A DNA stretch of 64,000 nt, taken from contig JAMNXU010000021.1 in NCBI GenBank assembly GCA_023623175.1, positions 6,912 to 70,911 on the forward strand, given 5' to 3'. The number at the start of each line of letters is the position of its first letter. Position 1 is the first letter of the stretch. The notes under the pieces were generated by a model that searched no databases, was not told the origin of the DNA, and saw only the letters and a program-made list of their open reading frames with translations. A program made the position numbers and the translations under genes. Source of the stretch: Bacillota bacterium (GTDB lineage: Bacteria > Bacillota > Clostridia > Acetivibrionales > JAMNXU01). Below, in pieces: positions 9,502-18,687 of the stretch.

Positions 9502-10743
9502 TTAATTATCAGATAAAAAATCTATATTGTTGGCTACAATCCAGGCTCCGCCTATGGCAGTAACATATCGCCCGCTTTTTCCTACAACTATCTGGACGTT
9601 TCCTCCTGCAAAGCGCATCTGGTACTTGGATACGGATTTTTTGATCATATCTATAAAGAAGTCGCCGTTTAATGTTAACCCTCCGCAAAGTATGATCTGT
9701 TCAGGATCAAGCATGTTTATGGCCATTGCCAGCCCCTTGCCTATATAATCCGCTGCTTTTTTGATTATGGACATGGCAAGCTGGTCTCCTTCCTTTGCAG
9801 CATCAAAGACCATTTTAGCTTCAAGCTTGTTCAAATCTCCACCGCATTTTTCAACAATACTGGTCTGAATCTTGTTGACTATTGCTGTACGGGCCTGTCG
9901 GGCAATTGCTTCACCGCTCGCAATGGATTCAATGCACCCGTAATTCCCGCATGAGCAGTAGGAGCCATGGTTTTCAACAATTACATGGCCTATTTCACCG
10001 CTTGTTCCGCTTACACCGTAATACAGGCCGTTGGGAAAAACTATTGCCGAGCCAATACCATAGGCTAGGTTAACGCCGATAATGCACGAATCGGCCTTGG
10101 GCTGCATATTCTTTATCTCTCCTATTAACAGTGCGCGATTGGCGTTTTCGACCAAAACTTTGTAAGGAAGGCGTTTCTTTAGTTCATCCTGCAGAGGAAT
10201 ATTGCTCCATCCAAAATTGGGACTGAACAAGACCCTGCCAGTACCTCTCTCTATAAGTCCCGGCATTGCGACACCCACGCCCACAATCTTGTTGTCGGGT
10301 ATCTTCGTCTCAGCTACACTATTGAGCGTCATCTCTGCCATCAAGCCTATCAGCTGGTCCGGATCGACCGATTCCGTGGGCTTGCTTGCTTTGTAAATAA
10401 TCTCCCTGCAATTGTTCATTACAACCACGCGGACGGACGTTCTTCCCACATCGACTCCAATGAAGAAAAACCGGTCCGGTACTACGGCAAGCAGTTCAGG
10501 ACGTTTTCCTCCGCTGGATTCGCCCTTTCCGGCAACATATATAATACCTTTTTGTATCAAGTCATCTGTAATGGACATAACCGACGGAATACTGAGACCG
10601 ACCTTTTCTGCAATAGCTGACCTGTTTATCTGGTTTGCCTCGAGTATGCAGTTGAACACATTTCTCCTATTGTTGGCTGTTACGCTGCTTAAATCAAGTT
10701 TTGTAAATTTACGCATATTCATCTCCTCTGTTTGTATGCCCAT
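9502..10743 (-). CDS. ROK family transcriptional regulator (NagC/XylR type)
   Basis: 413 aa. N-terminal winged-helix region (INRSAIAEKVGLSIPSVMSITDDL) plus a ROK sugar-kinase-like fold with the Cys motif CSCGNYGCIE. Confidence 0.85.
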   Translation of the reverse strand: MGIQTEEMNMRKFTKLDLSSVTANNRRNVFNCILEANQINRSAIAEKVGLSIPSVMSITDDLIQKGIIYVAGKGESSGGKRPELLAVVPDRFFFIGVDVGRTSVRVVVMNNCREIIYKASKPTESVDPDQLIGLMAEMTLNSVAETKIPDNKIVGVGVAMPGLIERGTGRVLFSPNFGWSNIPLQDELKKRLPYKVLVENANRALLIGEIKNMQPKADSCIIGVNLAYGIGSAIVFPNGLYYGVSGTSGEIGHVIVENHGSYCSCGNYGCIESIASGEAIARQARTAIVNKIQTSIVEKCGGDLNKLEAKMVFDAAKEGDQLAMSIIKKAADYIGKGLAMAINMLDPEQIILCGGLTLNGDFFIDMIKKSVSKYQMRFAGGNVQIVVGKSGRYVTAIGGAWIVANNIDFLSDN

Positions 10744-10848
10744 TTAATAAAGTTAATATATCAGCAATAATCCGATCACATTGTGACATTATAAATTAAA
10801 TTGATATTTGGCTTTTTTGTCAATTATATCATCATATTACCAAATATT

Positions 10849-11808
10849 TTATTTATATTCCAAAAAATCGTTTATTGCATCTAAACCAGGCATTGCAGGA
10901 ATTGCGCCTTTTTTCGTGGTTGCAATGGCCCCTGCCGCATTGGAAAACGCCAGCAGCTCCTCCCATTTTGTTGCATTAATTCTTGCTATTTTGTCCAGTG
11001 TCATATCCTTTAATTGCCACAGCATGCTCCCCACAAATGTGTCACCGGCCCCGGTAGTGTCGGCGGTATTTACCCTGTATCCACCGTGGAAGGCATTGCA
11101 GGTCCTGGTATATACACAGGAACCTTTCTCTCCACAGGTAACGAAAACAACCGCAGGGCCAAGTTTCAGCAGCTTATTCGCGCCATCGCCAAAATCCTCG
11201 CACCCGGTCAAAAACACGAGCTCATCCTCGCTCACCTTGACCAGGTCTGCATATTCAGCGGCTTTCAGCATGCAATTTCGAGCTTCCTGCTCATTGCTCC
11301 ATAACATGGGGCGGTAATTCGGGTCGTATGAAATTATGGCTCCTGCCTCTTTCGCGGTTTTAACCGCTTCGAGGGTGGCTGTGCGGCTCGGCTCATCCGT
11401 TAATGAAACCGCCCCAAAATGTAAAAATCGGCATGACTTCAGAAGTTCACAGTTAATTTCACTGGCCTCAAGACTTACATCAGCACAATGCTTTCGGTAA
11501 AAACTGAAGGACCTGTCTCCTTTTTCGTCCAGATGGACAAAGGCCAATGTAGTTCGTTCGCTTGAGCTCATCAAAAGGTTTGATGTATTTATTCCCGCTT
11601 CGTCAAGGATCGTTTTGAGAAACCGTCCGAAACCGTCATTTCCTACTTTGCCAATAAATGCAGTTTTTGCGCCGAGTTTTGCAAGCATCGCAAGTACATT
11701 GGCCGGGGCGCCGCCGGGATTGGCCGAGAAAAGTGGCAAGCCGTTTTCTGTAGTGCCCGCAGGCAAAAAATCTATCAGCAATTCTCCGATTGCAACAACA
11801 TCAAACAT
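10849..11808 (-). CDS. PfkB family carbohydrate kinase (fructokinase-like)
   Basis: Start chosen at MFDVVAIGELLIDF (GGGGA RBS 6-7 nt upstream). PfkB signatures GGAPANV and DTTGAGDTFVG. Confidence 0.85.
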   Translation of the reverse strand: MFDVVAIGELLIDFLPAGTTENGLPLFSANPGGAPANVLAMLAKLGAKTAFIGKVGNDGFGRFLKTILDEAGINTSNLLMSSSERTTLAFVHLDEKGDRSFSFYRKHCADVSLEASEINCELLKSCRFLHFGAVSLTDEPSRTATLEAVKTAKEAGAIISYDPNYRPMLWSNEQEARNCMLKAAEYADLVKVSEDELVFLTGCEDFGDGANKLLKLGPAVVFVTCGEKGSCVYTRTCNAFHGGYRVNTADTTGAGDTFVGSMLWQLKDMTLDKIARINATKWEELLAFSNAAGAIATTKKGAIPAMPGLDAINDFLEYK

Positions 11809-11847
11809 AAGCTTTCCCCGCTTATAAAACATTCCTTAACAGCTTTC

Positions 11848-12882
11848 TTAATCCTCATCATTGTTAACATCAATCAGAACCTTCATGGTGGTTTCGCGGT
11901 TCTTATCGATGTAATCATAAGCCTTTTCCCAGTCCCTGAAAGCAAAATGCCTGCTCATCAAGGGCTTTAGCTTTACTTTGCCCGCCTCGACCAGTTCAAT
12001 GGCTTCCACATAATCCTCATGCCGGTACATCATTGTCGTATTCAAATCCAGTTCCTTGTCATTCAGGGTTGCAAGGTCCACCGTGGCCATTCCTTCAAAT
12101 ACCGCTACGAGTACAATTATACTCCCCTTGCGTGAATGGCGTATGGCCTGTCCCATCGTTATGTCATTGCCGGCACAATCATAAATTATATCGGCTTTAT
12201 CAGGTCCGAAGCAATCAAGCATGGCCTCTCCGAAATCCTTTTTCGCAGTATTGACCGCATAATCGGCGCCGCATTTTTTAGCCAGTTCGAGGCGATAATC
12301 ACTTATATCGGTAACCATCACCCTGCGCGCGCCTTTTGCCTTAAGCGTCTGCACCAACAGTATTCCTATTGGGCCTGCACCTATTACCACAATATCCTTG
12401 TCCCGGACATCCCCAACACGGTTTGCCGCGTGGACGGTCACAGCCAAAGGCTCAATCATTGCAGCTTCGTCATAGGTAAGGTGATCAGGAACAGGCGTTA
12501 CTCTCTCGGCATCAACGGCGAAATACTCGCTGCCGGCGCCCACGGTCTGGAATCCCATTACTTTAAGTTCTTCACAAAGATTGTATTTCCCCGTACGGCA
12601 GGGATAACATCTGCCGCATACCACCTGGGGCTCTATCGTTACTTTTTGTCCAACTTTAAGGTGGTGCACATCTTCCGCAACCTCGACAATTTTACCGCTC
12701 ACTTCGTGGCCCTGGGTTACGGGGTACTTTGTAAAAGGATGTTTTCCGTGATTTACGTGAATATCCGAACCGCAGATCCCGATTCTCATAATCTTGATCA
12801 GCACCTGTCCCGGCTTCAATACCGGTTTTTCCACTTCGCGGAACTCAATCTTCCCTGGAGACACCATTACCGATTGCAACAT
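11848..12882 (-). CDS. zinc-dependent medium-chain dehydrogenase (sorbitol / L-threonine dehydrogenase-like)
   Basis: 344 aa. GICGSDIH zinc motif, the structural-zinc Cys cluster CGRCYPCRTGKYNLC, and the Rossmann loop VIGAGPIG. Confidence 0.85.
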   Translation of the reverse strand: MLQSVMVSPGKIEFREVEKPVLKPGQVLIKIMRIGICGSDIHVNHGKHPFTKYPVTQGHEVSGKIVEVAEDVHHLKVGQKVTIEPQVVCGRCYPCRTGKYNLCEELKVMGFQTVGAGSEYFAVDAERVTPVPDHLTYDEAAMIEPLAVTVHAANRVGDVRDKDIVVIGAGPIGILLVQTLKAKGARRVMVTDISDYRLELAKKCGADYAVNTAKKDFGEAMLDCFGPDKADIIYDCAGNDITMGQAIRHSRKGSIIVLVAVFEGMATVDLATLNDKELDLNTTMMYRHEDYVEAIELVEAGKVKLKPLMSRHFAFRDWEKAYDYIDKNRETTMKVLIDVNNDED

Positions 12883-12958
12883 GACCTGTACACCCTCCTT
12901 AAATAACCAATTAATAAATAAATTAAAGTGCTTTTATAACGCTAACTTATATAACGCT

Positions 12959-12980
12959 AACTTACTTAAGTAAACTAAGT
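12959..12980. promoter_or_regulatory. candidate operator O2 (AACTTACTTAAGTAAACTAAGT) upstream of the ADH-kinase operon
   Basis: Contains the perfect palindrome TTACTTAAGTAA and lies 77-98 nt upstream of the ADH start. It is 19/22 identical to O1 and is preceded by the direct repeat ATAACGCTAACTT x2 (12936-12963). Confidence 0.55.
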
Positions 12981-13369
12981 ATAAACTTTTTTATATCTGT
13001 TTGTCAATAGTTTTGTATAACATGTCCGGAATACCGGCAGAATGGATATAAGTCAGGTTTTTTACGAGTTCAGGCCATTTTTGAGAAATGCAAACTAATA
13101 AATCCTTTATAATCCGCTTTTTCCTTTGAATCGTAAACATCCGGAAAAATAACTTAATAATTTAAAGAAAGTTTATTTCCTGCAATCCAATAAACTCATT
13201 ACCGCTATGATATATACCGAGTGCATTTTCCGTAGATATGGGCATTTCTTGTCAGGTGCTCATCCATCAGCGCACCCCGGACATTTATGTCCTCATCTGC
13301 ACACGCCCATATTCCTGAGAGGATCCGTCGGTTGCCCCTGTCGACCGAGGTTGTTTTTCCGGTGCCGGA

Positions 13370-13582
13370 TTCACCTGGCAACTCAAACTCTGCTGCAAGA
13401 TAATATTTGTCAAAATCGCCGGTTCCCCTGAAATCAAGCATATCTTTTATATTACGGTATTTCCCTTCTTCCAGGCTCCCATAAAGCCAGTTCCAATCGA
13501 CTTTCCATTCCCTTCTTTCGCCTGGACCCAATTCATAACCGACATTGTGAAATCCATAGTCGCCTTTTATAACTACCGGTGC
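13370..13582 (-). pseudogene. 3' remnant of a paralogue of the lipoprotein gene at 14802-15290
   Basis: Translation APVVIKGDYGFHNVGYELGPGERREWKVDWNWLYGSLEEGKYRNIKDMLDFRGTGDFDKYYLAAEFEL aligns with the C-terminal third of the 162-aa lipoprotein (..GESNEWKVDWEWLYGSLEEGKYRIIKEVLNYREPGDTDRFYLAAEFTL). There is no N-terminal part, and the fragment abuts the HAD stop codon. Confidence 0.7.
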
Positions 13583-14398
13583 CTAAATCCATCCCAATCC
13601 CGCCAGCGCGTGGTAAATGCCGTCATGGTCGTTGTCACAGGTGTGCTTATCTATCATTTCCTTGAGATCATCGGGGGCATTTCCCATGAGAAACCCATGT
13701 CCCACCGTTTCCAGCATTTCGATATCATTGTAGTAATCTCCGAAAGCCGCTGCATTTTTTAAGTCAATATCCCACAAAGAGCACAAAAATTTAATGGCAT
13801 TTACCTTGTTGACGCTCTTATCCTGTATTTCCAGCAGATGATGATAAGATTTAACAATGTAAAAGTCAGGAAATTCTCCTTTTAATACTTCTTCAATCTC
13901 CGTTATTTTATCGGGATTGCACAGGCATAATATCCTGTTGACTTCATCATGGGTTATTAAGTCAACAGTGCCCTGCGTGGCCTTTGTTTTCGATTTTCTC
14001 TCCGACCTTATTATCCTTGGATCATTTTTATCTCTCACGATCCACTCATCGAGCAGGGAGTAGGCAGCCCAGGTCAAATTGTAATCAACATTGCCAATGA
14101 GGTTATCTTCAATAAATTCAATTATCCTTTTGGCGTCGGATTTTTTAATGCCCTTGCTGTACAATATGTTTCCGCTTTCGTCAAGGATCACCGCGCCGTT
14201 ATAGGCAATGATGGGGCATTTGATGTCATAGGCATCCAGAAGCGGGTATATGGCAGCCGGACTGCGCGCGGATATGATTACAAACGGAATGCCTTTTTTC
14301 ATTAGATCCCTGATAGCCTTTTCCGTCAGTGGCGTGATTTTATTCTCCGAACTCAGCAGGGTACCGTCGATATCGCTAAATACAATTTTTTTCATCAA
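13583..14398 (-). CDS. Cof-type HAD-IIB family hydrolase (sugar-phosphate phosphatase-like)
   Basis: 271 aa. Motif I FSDIDGTLL, motif II ISARS, and C-terminal GDYYNDIEML. Confidence 0.85.
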   Translation of the reverse strand: MMKKIVFSDIDGTLLSSENKITPLTEKAIRDLMKKGIPFVIISARSPAAIYPLLDAYDIKCPIIAYNGAVILDESGNILYSKGIKKSDAKRIIEFIEDNLIGNVDYNLTWAAYSLLDEWIVRDKNDPRIIRSERKSKTKATQGTVDLITHDEVNRILCLCNPDKITEIEEVLKGEFPDFYIVKSYHHLLEIQDKSVNKVNAIKFLCSLWDIDLKNAAAFGDYYNDIEMLETVGHGFLMGNAPDDLKEMIDKHTCDNDHDGIYHALAGLGWI

Positions 14399-14670
14399 CT
14401 TCTCTCCAGGTTCCCTAATATAAATATTTCAAAAATAAATCTATCAAACATAACAGGTTACATTAACATCATAGTCCATAGGATAAACAAAATTGAATTT
14501 TTTCGCAACCTCTTTTTGATCTTTTATATAATAAAACAGCCGGATGGAATCGGTTCTCTGTCCCGGCAACGTCCAGGCATGGCGGCAGGTAACTCATCCT
14601 GGCAGGTACGCCTTTTGACAGGTGGAACAGGGAAACATACCCTGTCGTCCCATGAGCCACTGTCCCGTGA

Positions 14671-14712
14671 AAAAATATAAAAAAAGGACCCCTTGCATAT
14701 TCAAGGGAATCC
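14671..14712 (-). terminator. rho-independent terminator of the lipoprotein gene
   Basis: On the minus strand the stem GGATTCCCTTG-AATAT-GCAAGGGGTCC is followed by TTTTTTTATATTTTT. Confidence 0.75.
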
Positions 14713-14801
14713 TTGCGCATTACCGTTGTCCAAAGGGCAGCATTTGCTGCTATGCGTATGCTTGCGCATCAATTTGATTAATCCAGTGTAACATTGCCGT
14801 T

Positions 14802-15290
14802 CTATTCAGACAGCGTAAACTCCGCTGCCAGATAGAATCTGTCTGTATCACCGGGTTCCCTGTAATTCAGTACTTCTTTTATAATGCGGTATTTTCCTTC
14901 CTCCAGGCTTCCATAGAGCCATTCCCAGTCAACTTTCCACTCATTGCTTTCTCCGGGTTGCAGGACATAAGCGATTTCAATAAACGCGTAATCTTCTACC
15001 AGGACCGGGACCTTGTACCAGGCGCCGTTAATTTCCTTCTCCAGTTCATAAGGTTCACCGTATGTAACTTCGCCTTCCGAATCGTTCTTTATTATCACGG
15101 TCAGTCCCGTAGGACTCACGGTTCCTTTCTTAATGGTCATCGTGATGTCTTCAGCATTGTTGACAATCTCATGGTCCGTCGGTTCCCAGTCTGTTTCCTC
15201 TTTATTTTCCTCGCACCCGGCGAGCAGGACAGAAAATACCGCAATACAAATCAAAACACACATAAGTTTTCCAATTTTAAACTTCCTCAT
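14802..15290 (-). CDS. lipoprotein of unknown function
   Basis: 162 aa. Signal peptide with lipobox LLAGC. A paralogous remnant lies at 13370-13582. Confidence 0.75.
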   Translation of the reverse strand: MRKFKIGKLMCVLICIAVFSVLLAGCEENKEETDWEPTDHEIVNNAEDITMTIKKGTVSPTGLTVIIKNDSEGEVTYGEPYELEKEINGAWYKVPVLVEDYAFIEIAYVLQPGESNEWKVDWEWLYGSLEEGKYRIIKEVLNYREPGDTDRFYLAAEFTLSE

Positions 15291-15407
15291 TGCACAAACC
15301 CCCTTTTCTGTTGTTATTTTTTCTCGTTTCAGTTGTTAGACGTCGGACCGAGGGAAATGTTTCAAATAAGTGAAAAATATTCTGCAGTAAAATTTTCTGC
15401 GGCTTGA

Positions 15408-16294
15408 GTCAGGTTACTGGGAATTCCCACGGTAGTCGACAGGATGATTCAGCAGGCCATTGCCCAGGTTCTAACACCCATATTTGACCCTGAATTCTCG
15501 GAGAACAGCTAGCCGTCCGGTTTCGGTATCTCCACTCTCCGTACGGGCTTGGGACGATATGTCCCTGCCTTCAATTCCTCGATTAGATTATTGCCATTTT
15601 CTTTCAGGTATGGCAGAAGTTCATCCACCTTTATACCGTCAATTCCATGGGAGCCCTTGTTCCTGACTACCTGTTTGTAGGCAGCGTTCATGTTGTCGCT
15701 ACTCAATATCTTCTCGAGCAAATTAAAGGTACTTGCTTCTCCATTGTCCTGTCCGTTTGTTTCCGCCGGAAGTATTCTCCGCACTCCTGCCATACCTCGG
15801 GGTTCCACCCCTGCCTCTGGCAGGTAGCCTTCATATGAAGTTGTCTGCTCTCTACGAATCCTTCTCGAGTCCTTCAAGCTTTCAGAACCTCCTGTTGTTC
15901 AGCCCTTCCGCGCCGTTCATGACCGTCGCGTACTATGGCCTCTGCTGACTTCTGACCGTTCAGCCGTACATTACTGCACGGATTGCCTTGTGGAAATTCA
16001 TCCAATTCAGAGTACCGGTCAGACCTCCGCGGGTAAGCGCGCGCCCCTTCATCCCATATACCTGCTTCATTTACATCGCAAGCCTCGGATAGCATTGGAC
16101 TTCGTTTTGTTTAGCAAACTCGTCCGACTTGCATATGCCTCATATGAAGTTCCTGTTCGTCAGGCCGGGACTTTGCCTCCTACTTCCTTCAGATTCCACC
16201 TCGCGATGGACACCCTTGTCTTTGGCTAACGGTTGGTGCTATCAACCCCCGTAACGGACTTTCACCGTCAAGGTCGCGCGCATGCCGCGCGCAC
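15408..16294 (-). mobile_element. 3'-truncated group II intron remnant (5' ribozyme domains plus the first ~155 codons of the RT/maturase)
   Basis: On the minus strand it starts GTGCGCGCGG at 16294 and contains GACGGTGAAAGTCCG-type domain I sequence. ORF 15509-15877 encodes the RT N-terminus (LLEKILSSDNMNAAYKQVVRNKGSHGIDG...RRVEIPKPDG). The next RT block VRLLGIPTVVDRMIQQAIAQVLTPIFDPEFSENS is present but on the opposite strand (15408-15509). No domain V/VI or RT palm/X domains follow. Confidence 0.85.
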
Positions 16295-16326
16295 TAAAAA
16301 CGAACTCCCATGAATTTTCATGGGAA
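16295..16326 (-). terminator. rho-independent terminator of the amidohydrolase gene, immediately 5' of the intron
   Basis: On the minus strand the hairpin TCCCATGA-AAAT-TCATGGGA is followed by GTTCGTTTTTA. The intron's GTGCG begins at the next base. Confidence 0.75.
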
Positions 16327-16374
16327 TTCGCCGTGCAGGTAGACGGAAGGAGAATATATTTTGCATTCGCCTGG

Positions 16375-17124
16375 TCATTTTTGCAATCCAAGCAGTTTTA
16401 CAGCATTAAGCCCCAGAATTTTTTCCTTATCGGTATCCGAAATTTTGGAGTTAATAACATGCTCCGGAGTTACCCCTTCACATCCGTAAAGAATCTTATC
16501 CGCTCCTGCCACGCTGACTGCATGGGCAATCATGTCCTCCACTGTTACCGGCGGAAAAAACCTTGGCGCGAAGAAAGTCAGAAATGCCGTGTCAAGATAT
16601 ATGTTTTCATGCTTCTCAGCCAGGACCAATGCAGTATATATGTAATTCCCTCCGAGATGCGCAATACATATTTTCAGCTTCGGAAAATCAAAGGCCACCT
16701 GGTCGAAACCCAAAGGATCACAGTATCTGGCAAGCATGGGCACTCCATTTTCATATTTAAATCCCAACTTGACTATCCCGGCATGCCATGTAACAACAAG
16801 CCCATTTTCCTGGCATAACTCATACAGGGAATACAACCTTTTGTCATCAGGAAAAATATGCTGGTCCATCGGCTGAAACTTAATGCCTTTTATTCCATGC
16901 CGGTTTATGTTATTTTTAATGCGCTCAAGTTCCTCCTCTATCGGCCTGTCCTTATCAAACCAGTCAAAGGGAATGTATTTGTCAGGTTCCTTTTCTGCCA
17001 TTTCAATTGCCTTTCCGACCATTTCATTTCCGACGGGCAGGAGCACAGCCTTGTGTATCCCGTAAATCCTGCAGTTTTCTTCGGCATAATATCCCGGGTG
17101 TTCATGAAAATTGACTATCAACAT
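16375..17124 (-). CDS. amidohydrolase-2 family metal-dependent hydrolase (TIM barrel)
   Basis: 249 aa. N-terminal NFHEHP, plus internal WHAG and CIAHLGG His motifs typical of PF04909-like enzymes. Confidence 0.7.
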   Translation of the reverse strand: MLIVNFHEHPGYYAEENCRIYGIHKAVLLPVGNEMVGKAIEMAEKEPDKYIPFDWFDKDRPIEEELERIKNNINRHGIKGIKFQPMDQHIFPDDKRLYSLYELCQENGLVVTWHAGIVKLGFKYENGVPMLARYCDPLGFDQVAFDFPKLKICIAHLGGNYIYTALVLAEKHENIYLDTAFLTFFAPRFFPPVTVEDMIAHAVSVAGADKILYGCEGVTPEHVINSKISDTDKEKILGLNAVKLLGLQK

Positions 17125-17234
17125 ATCTATCCCTCACTCTCCGCGTTTTTTTCATATTTCCAAAACATATATCAAAACATTTCTCAAAAACATCGTTTCA
17201 TAGATACCGTTTTTCACTTGCCGGCTTCATTTTT

Positions 17235-18344
17235 TCACTCAGCGGCCTTAAAGTTGTACAGGGGCTTTATAATATCGACTATTTCAACGGTGTCCTGAAT
17301 ATTTTCAATGATCTCATCCATAGGTTTGTAAGCCAGCGCGCATTCATCCAGGGTCGCCCTGTTGACGGTGGTGGTATATATCCCCACCATCGTCTGTTTG
17401 TACTCTTCAAGCGTAATGGTCTGCCTGGCTTTTCTCCTGCTCATTATTCTTCCGGCCCCGTGGGGCGAGGAATAGTTCCAGTCCCTGTTGCCCTTGCCGA
17501 TGCATATAAGGCTTCCGTCGCGCATGTTGATCGGTATTAAAACCCTTTCCCCCTTGCGCGCGGAAATGGCGCCTTTTCTTAAAATCATGCTGTCGAGATC
17601 AATATAGTTGTGAATTGTTGTAAACCGGTCTTCAATTTCAAACCCCATCCGGGTTACAATCTCGTCGACAATGGCCTTGCGGTTGTATACGGCATACTGC
17701 TGCACCAGTTTCATGTCGTGCAGGTAGTCGTAATAGCTCTCGCCGTGCAGATAGGCCAGCTGCTTGCTTATTTTGACGTTTCCCCTGCGCGTAAGCTCCC
17801 TGTAGGCGAGATCCTGGTAATACTCGGCGACCTGTTTACCGAGGTGCCTGCTGCCGGTATGGACTACGAGGTACAATGACCCGCCGCTGTCCCTGTTGAC
17901 CTCTATAAAATGGTTGCCGCCCCCGAGGGTGCCGATGCTGAGCCTCGCCCTTTCAAGGTTGACATGGTTTTTGCATCTGAGATTTTCGAGATCGACAAAC
18001 TCCACATATTTGTGCGGTTTCTTCCTGATGTCGAACCCTGAAGGGATATTGGCGTAAATTACCCTGTCGAGCTTTTCAAAGTCAATCTCTTTCTGCTTCA
18101 GCCTGATGGTCTCCATTCCGCAGCCAATATCCACGCCGACGAGGTTGGGCACGATCTTGTCGGTTATCGTCATCGTCGTGCCAATGGTGCAGCCGGCCCC
18201 TGCATGGGCATCAGGCATTATCCTGATAACACTGTCCTTCACAAACTCCTGGTTGCACAATTCCAGTATCTGGTCCATAGCTTCGCTTTCTAGATTATCG
18301 GTAAACACCTTTGCGGTATTGTATTTTCCCACTATCTCAATCAT
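17235..18344 (-). CDS. rtcB: RtcB family RNA 3'-phosphate ligase (short form)
   Basis: 369 aa. RtcB metal and GTP motifs MPDAHAGAG, DIGCGM, GGGNHFIE, HTGSRHLG and SPHGAGR. Confidence 0.85.
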   Translation of the reverse strand: MIEIVGKYNTAKVFTDNLESEAMDQILELCNQEFVKDSVIRIMPDAHAGAGCTIGTTMTITDKIVPNLVGVDIGCGMETIRLKQKEIDFEKLDRVIYANIPSGFDIRKKPHKYVEFVDLENLRCKNHVNLERARLSIGTLGGGNHFIEVNRDSGGSLYLVVHTGSRHLGKQVAEYYQDLAYRELTRRGNVKISKQLAYLHGESYYDYLHDMKLVQQYAVYNRKAIVDEIVTRMGFEIEDRFTTIHNYIDLDSMILRKGAISARKGERVLIPINMRDGSLICIGKGNRDWNYSSPHGAGRIMSRRKARQTITLEEYKQTMVGIYTTTVNRATLDECALAYKPMDEIIENIQDTVEIVDIIKPLYNFKAAE

Positions 18345-18687
18345 CTTCCATCCCGTCCGAATCAGTTATTTATCTGGATCGTTAATTATATAAGACAAAA
18401 TAAGAAACGCGCCTCTCACCGATAAATTCGACCTGCTTTTAAAATCATATCCGGAACATGATAACCTGGATATTAATATCATACCACATTCATTATGTCC
18501 CTCCGGCGAAAAGTCAGGTAATAAAACACTAAAAAACAGTATGACAAAAGGGTATTATATTGTTAGAAACAACGCCGCAAATGTGCCGTCAAACAAACGG
18601 AGAATGAAAGCCGGCGAATTTAAACCTCCGACAGCATTTACAGGACAGTTGGAATTTTACTGGGCTGTTGGAACCGGGAGGGATACT

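Noticed and set aside
13205-13369. A P-loop-like string GESGTGKTT in the tail of ORF 13205-13531, considered as an ATPase gene fragment.
   Set aside because: It is a single short motif in read-through sequence beyond the end of lipoprotein homology. There is no supporting Walker B or other ATPase context, so it cannot be supported.
14469-14720. An 83-aa ORF and a structured GC-rich leader upstream of the HAD gene, considered as a cobalamin or ZTP riboswitch. It contains GCCACTG-like and CCAGGA..ACCTGCC-like strings.
   Set aside because: The B12-box-like and GCCACTG-like pieces lie on opposite strands. The ZTP blocks (GACUGGCG, CCGCCUGGGC) match only loosely, and the downstream gene is not a typical target. 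The region is better explained as a terminator plus degenerate GGGACA-family repeats. The ORF has no RBS or recognisable protein features.
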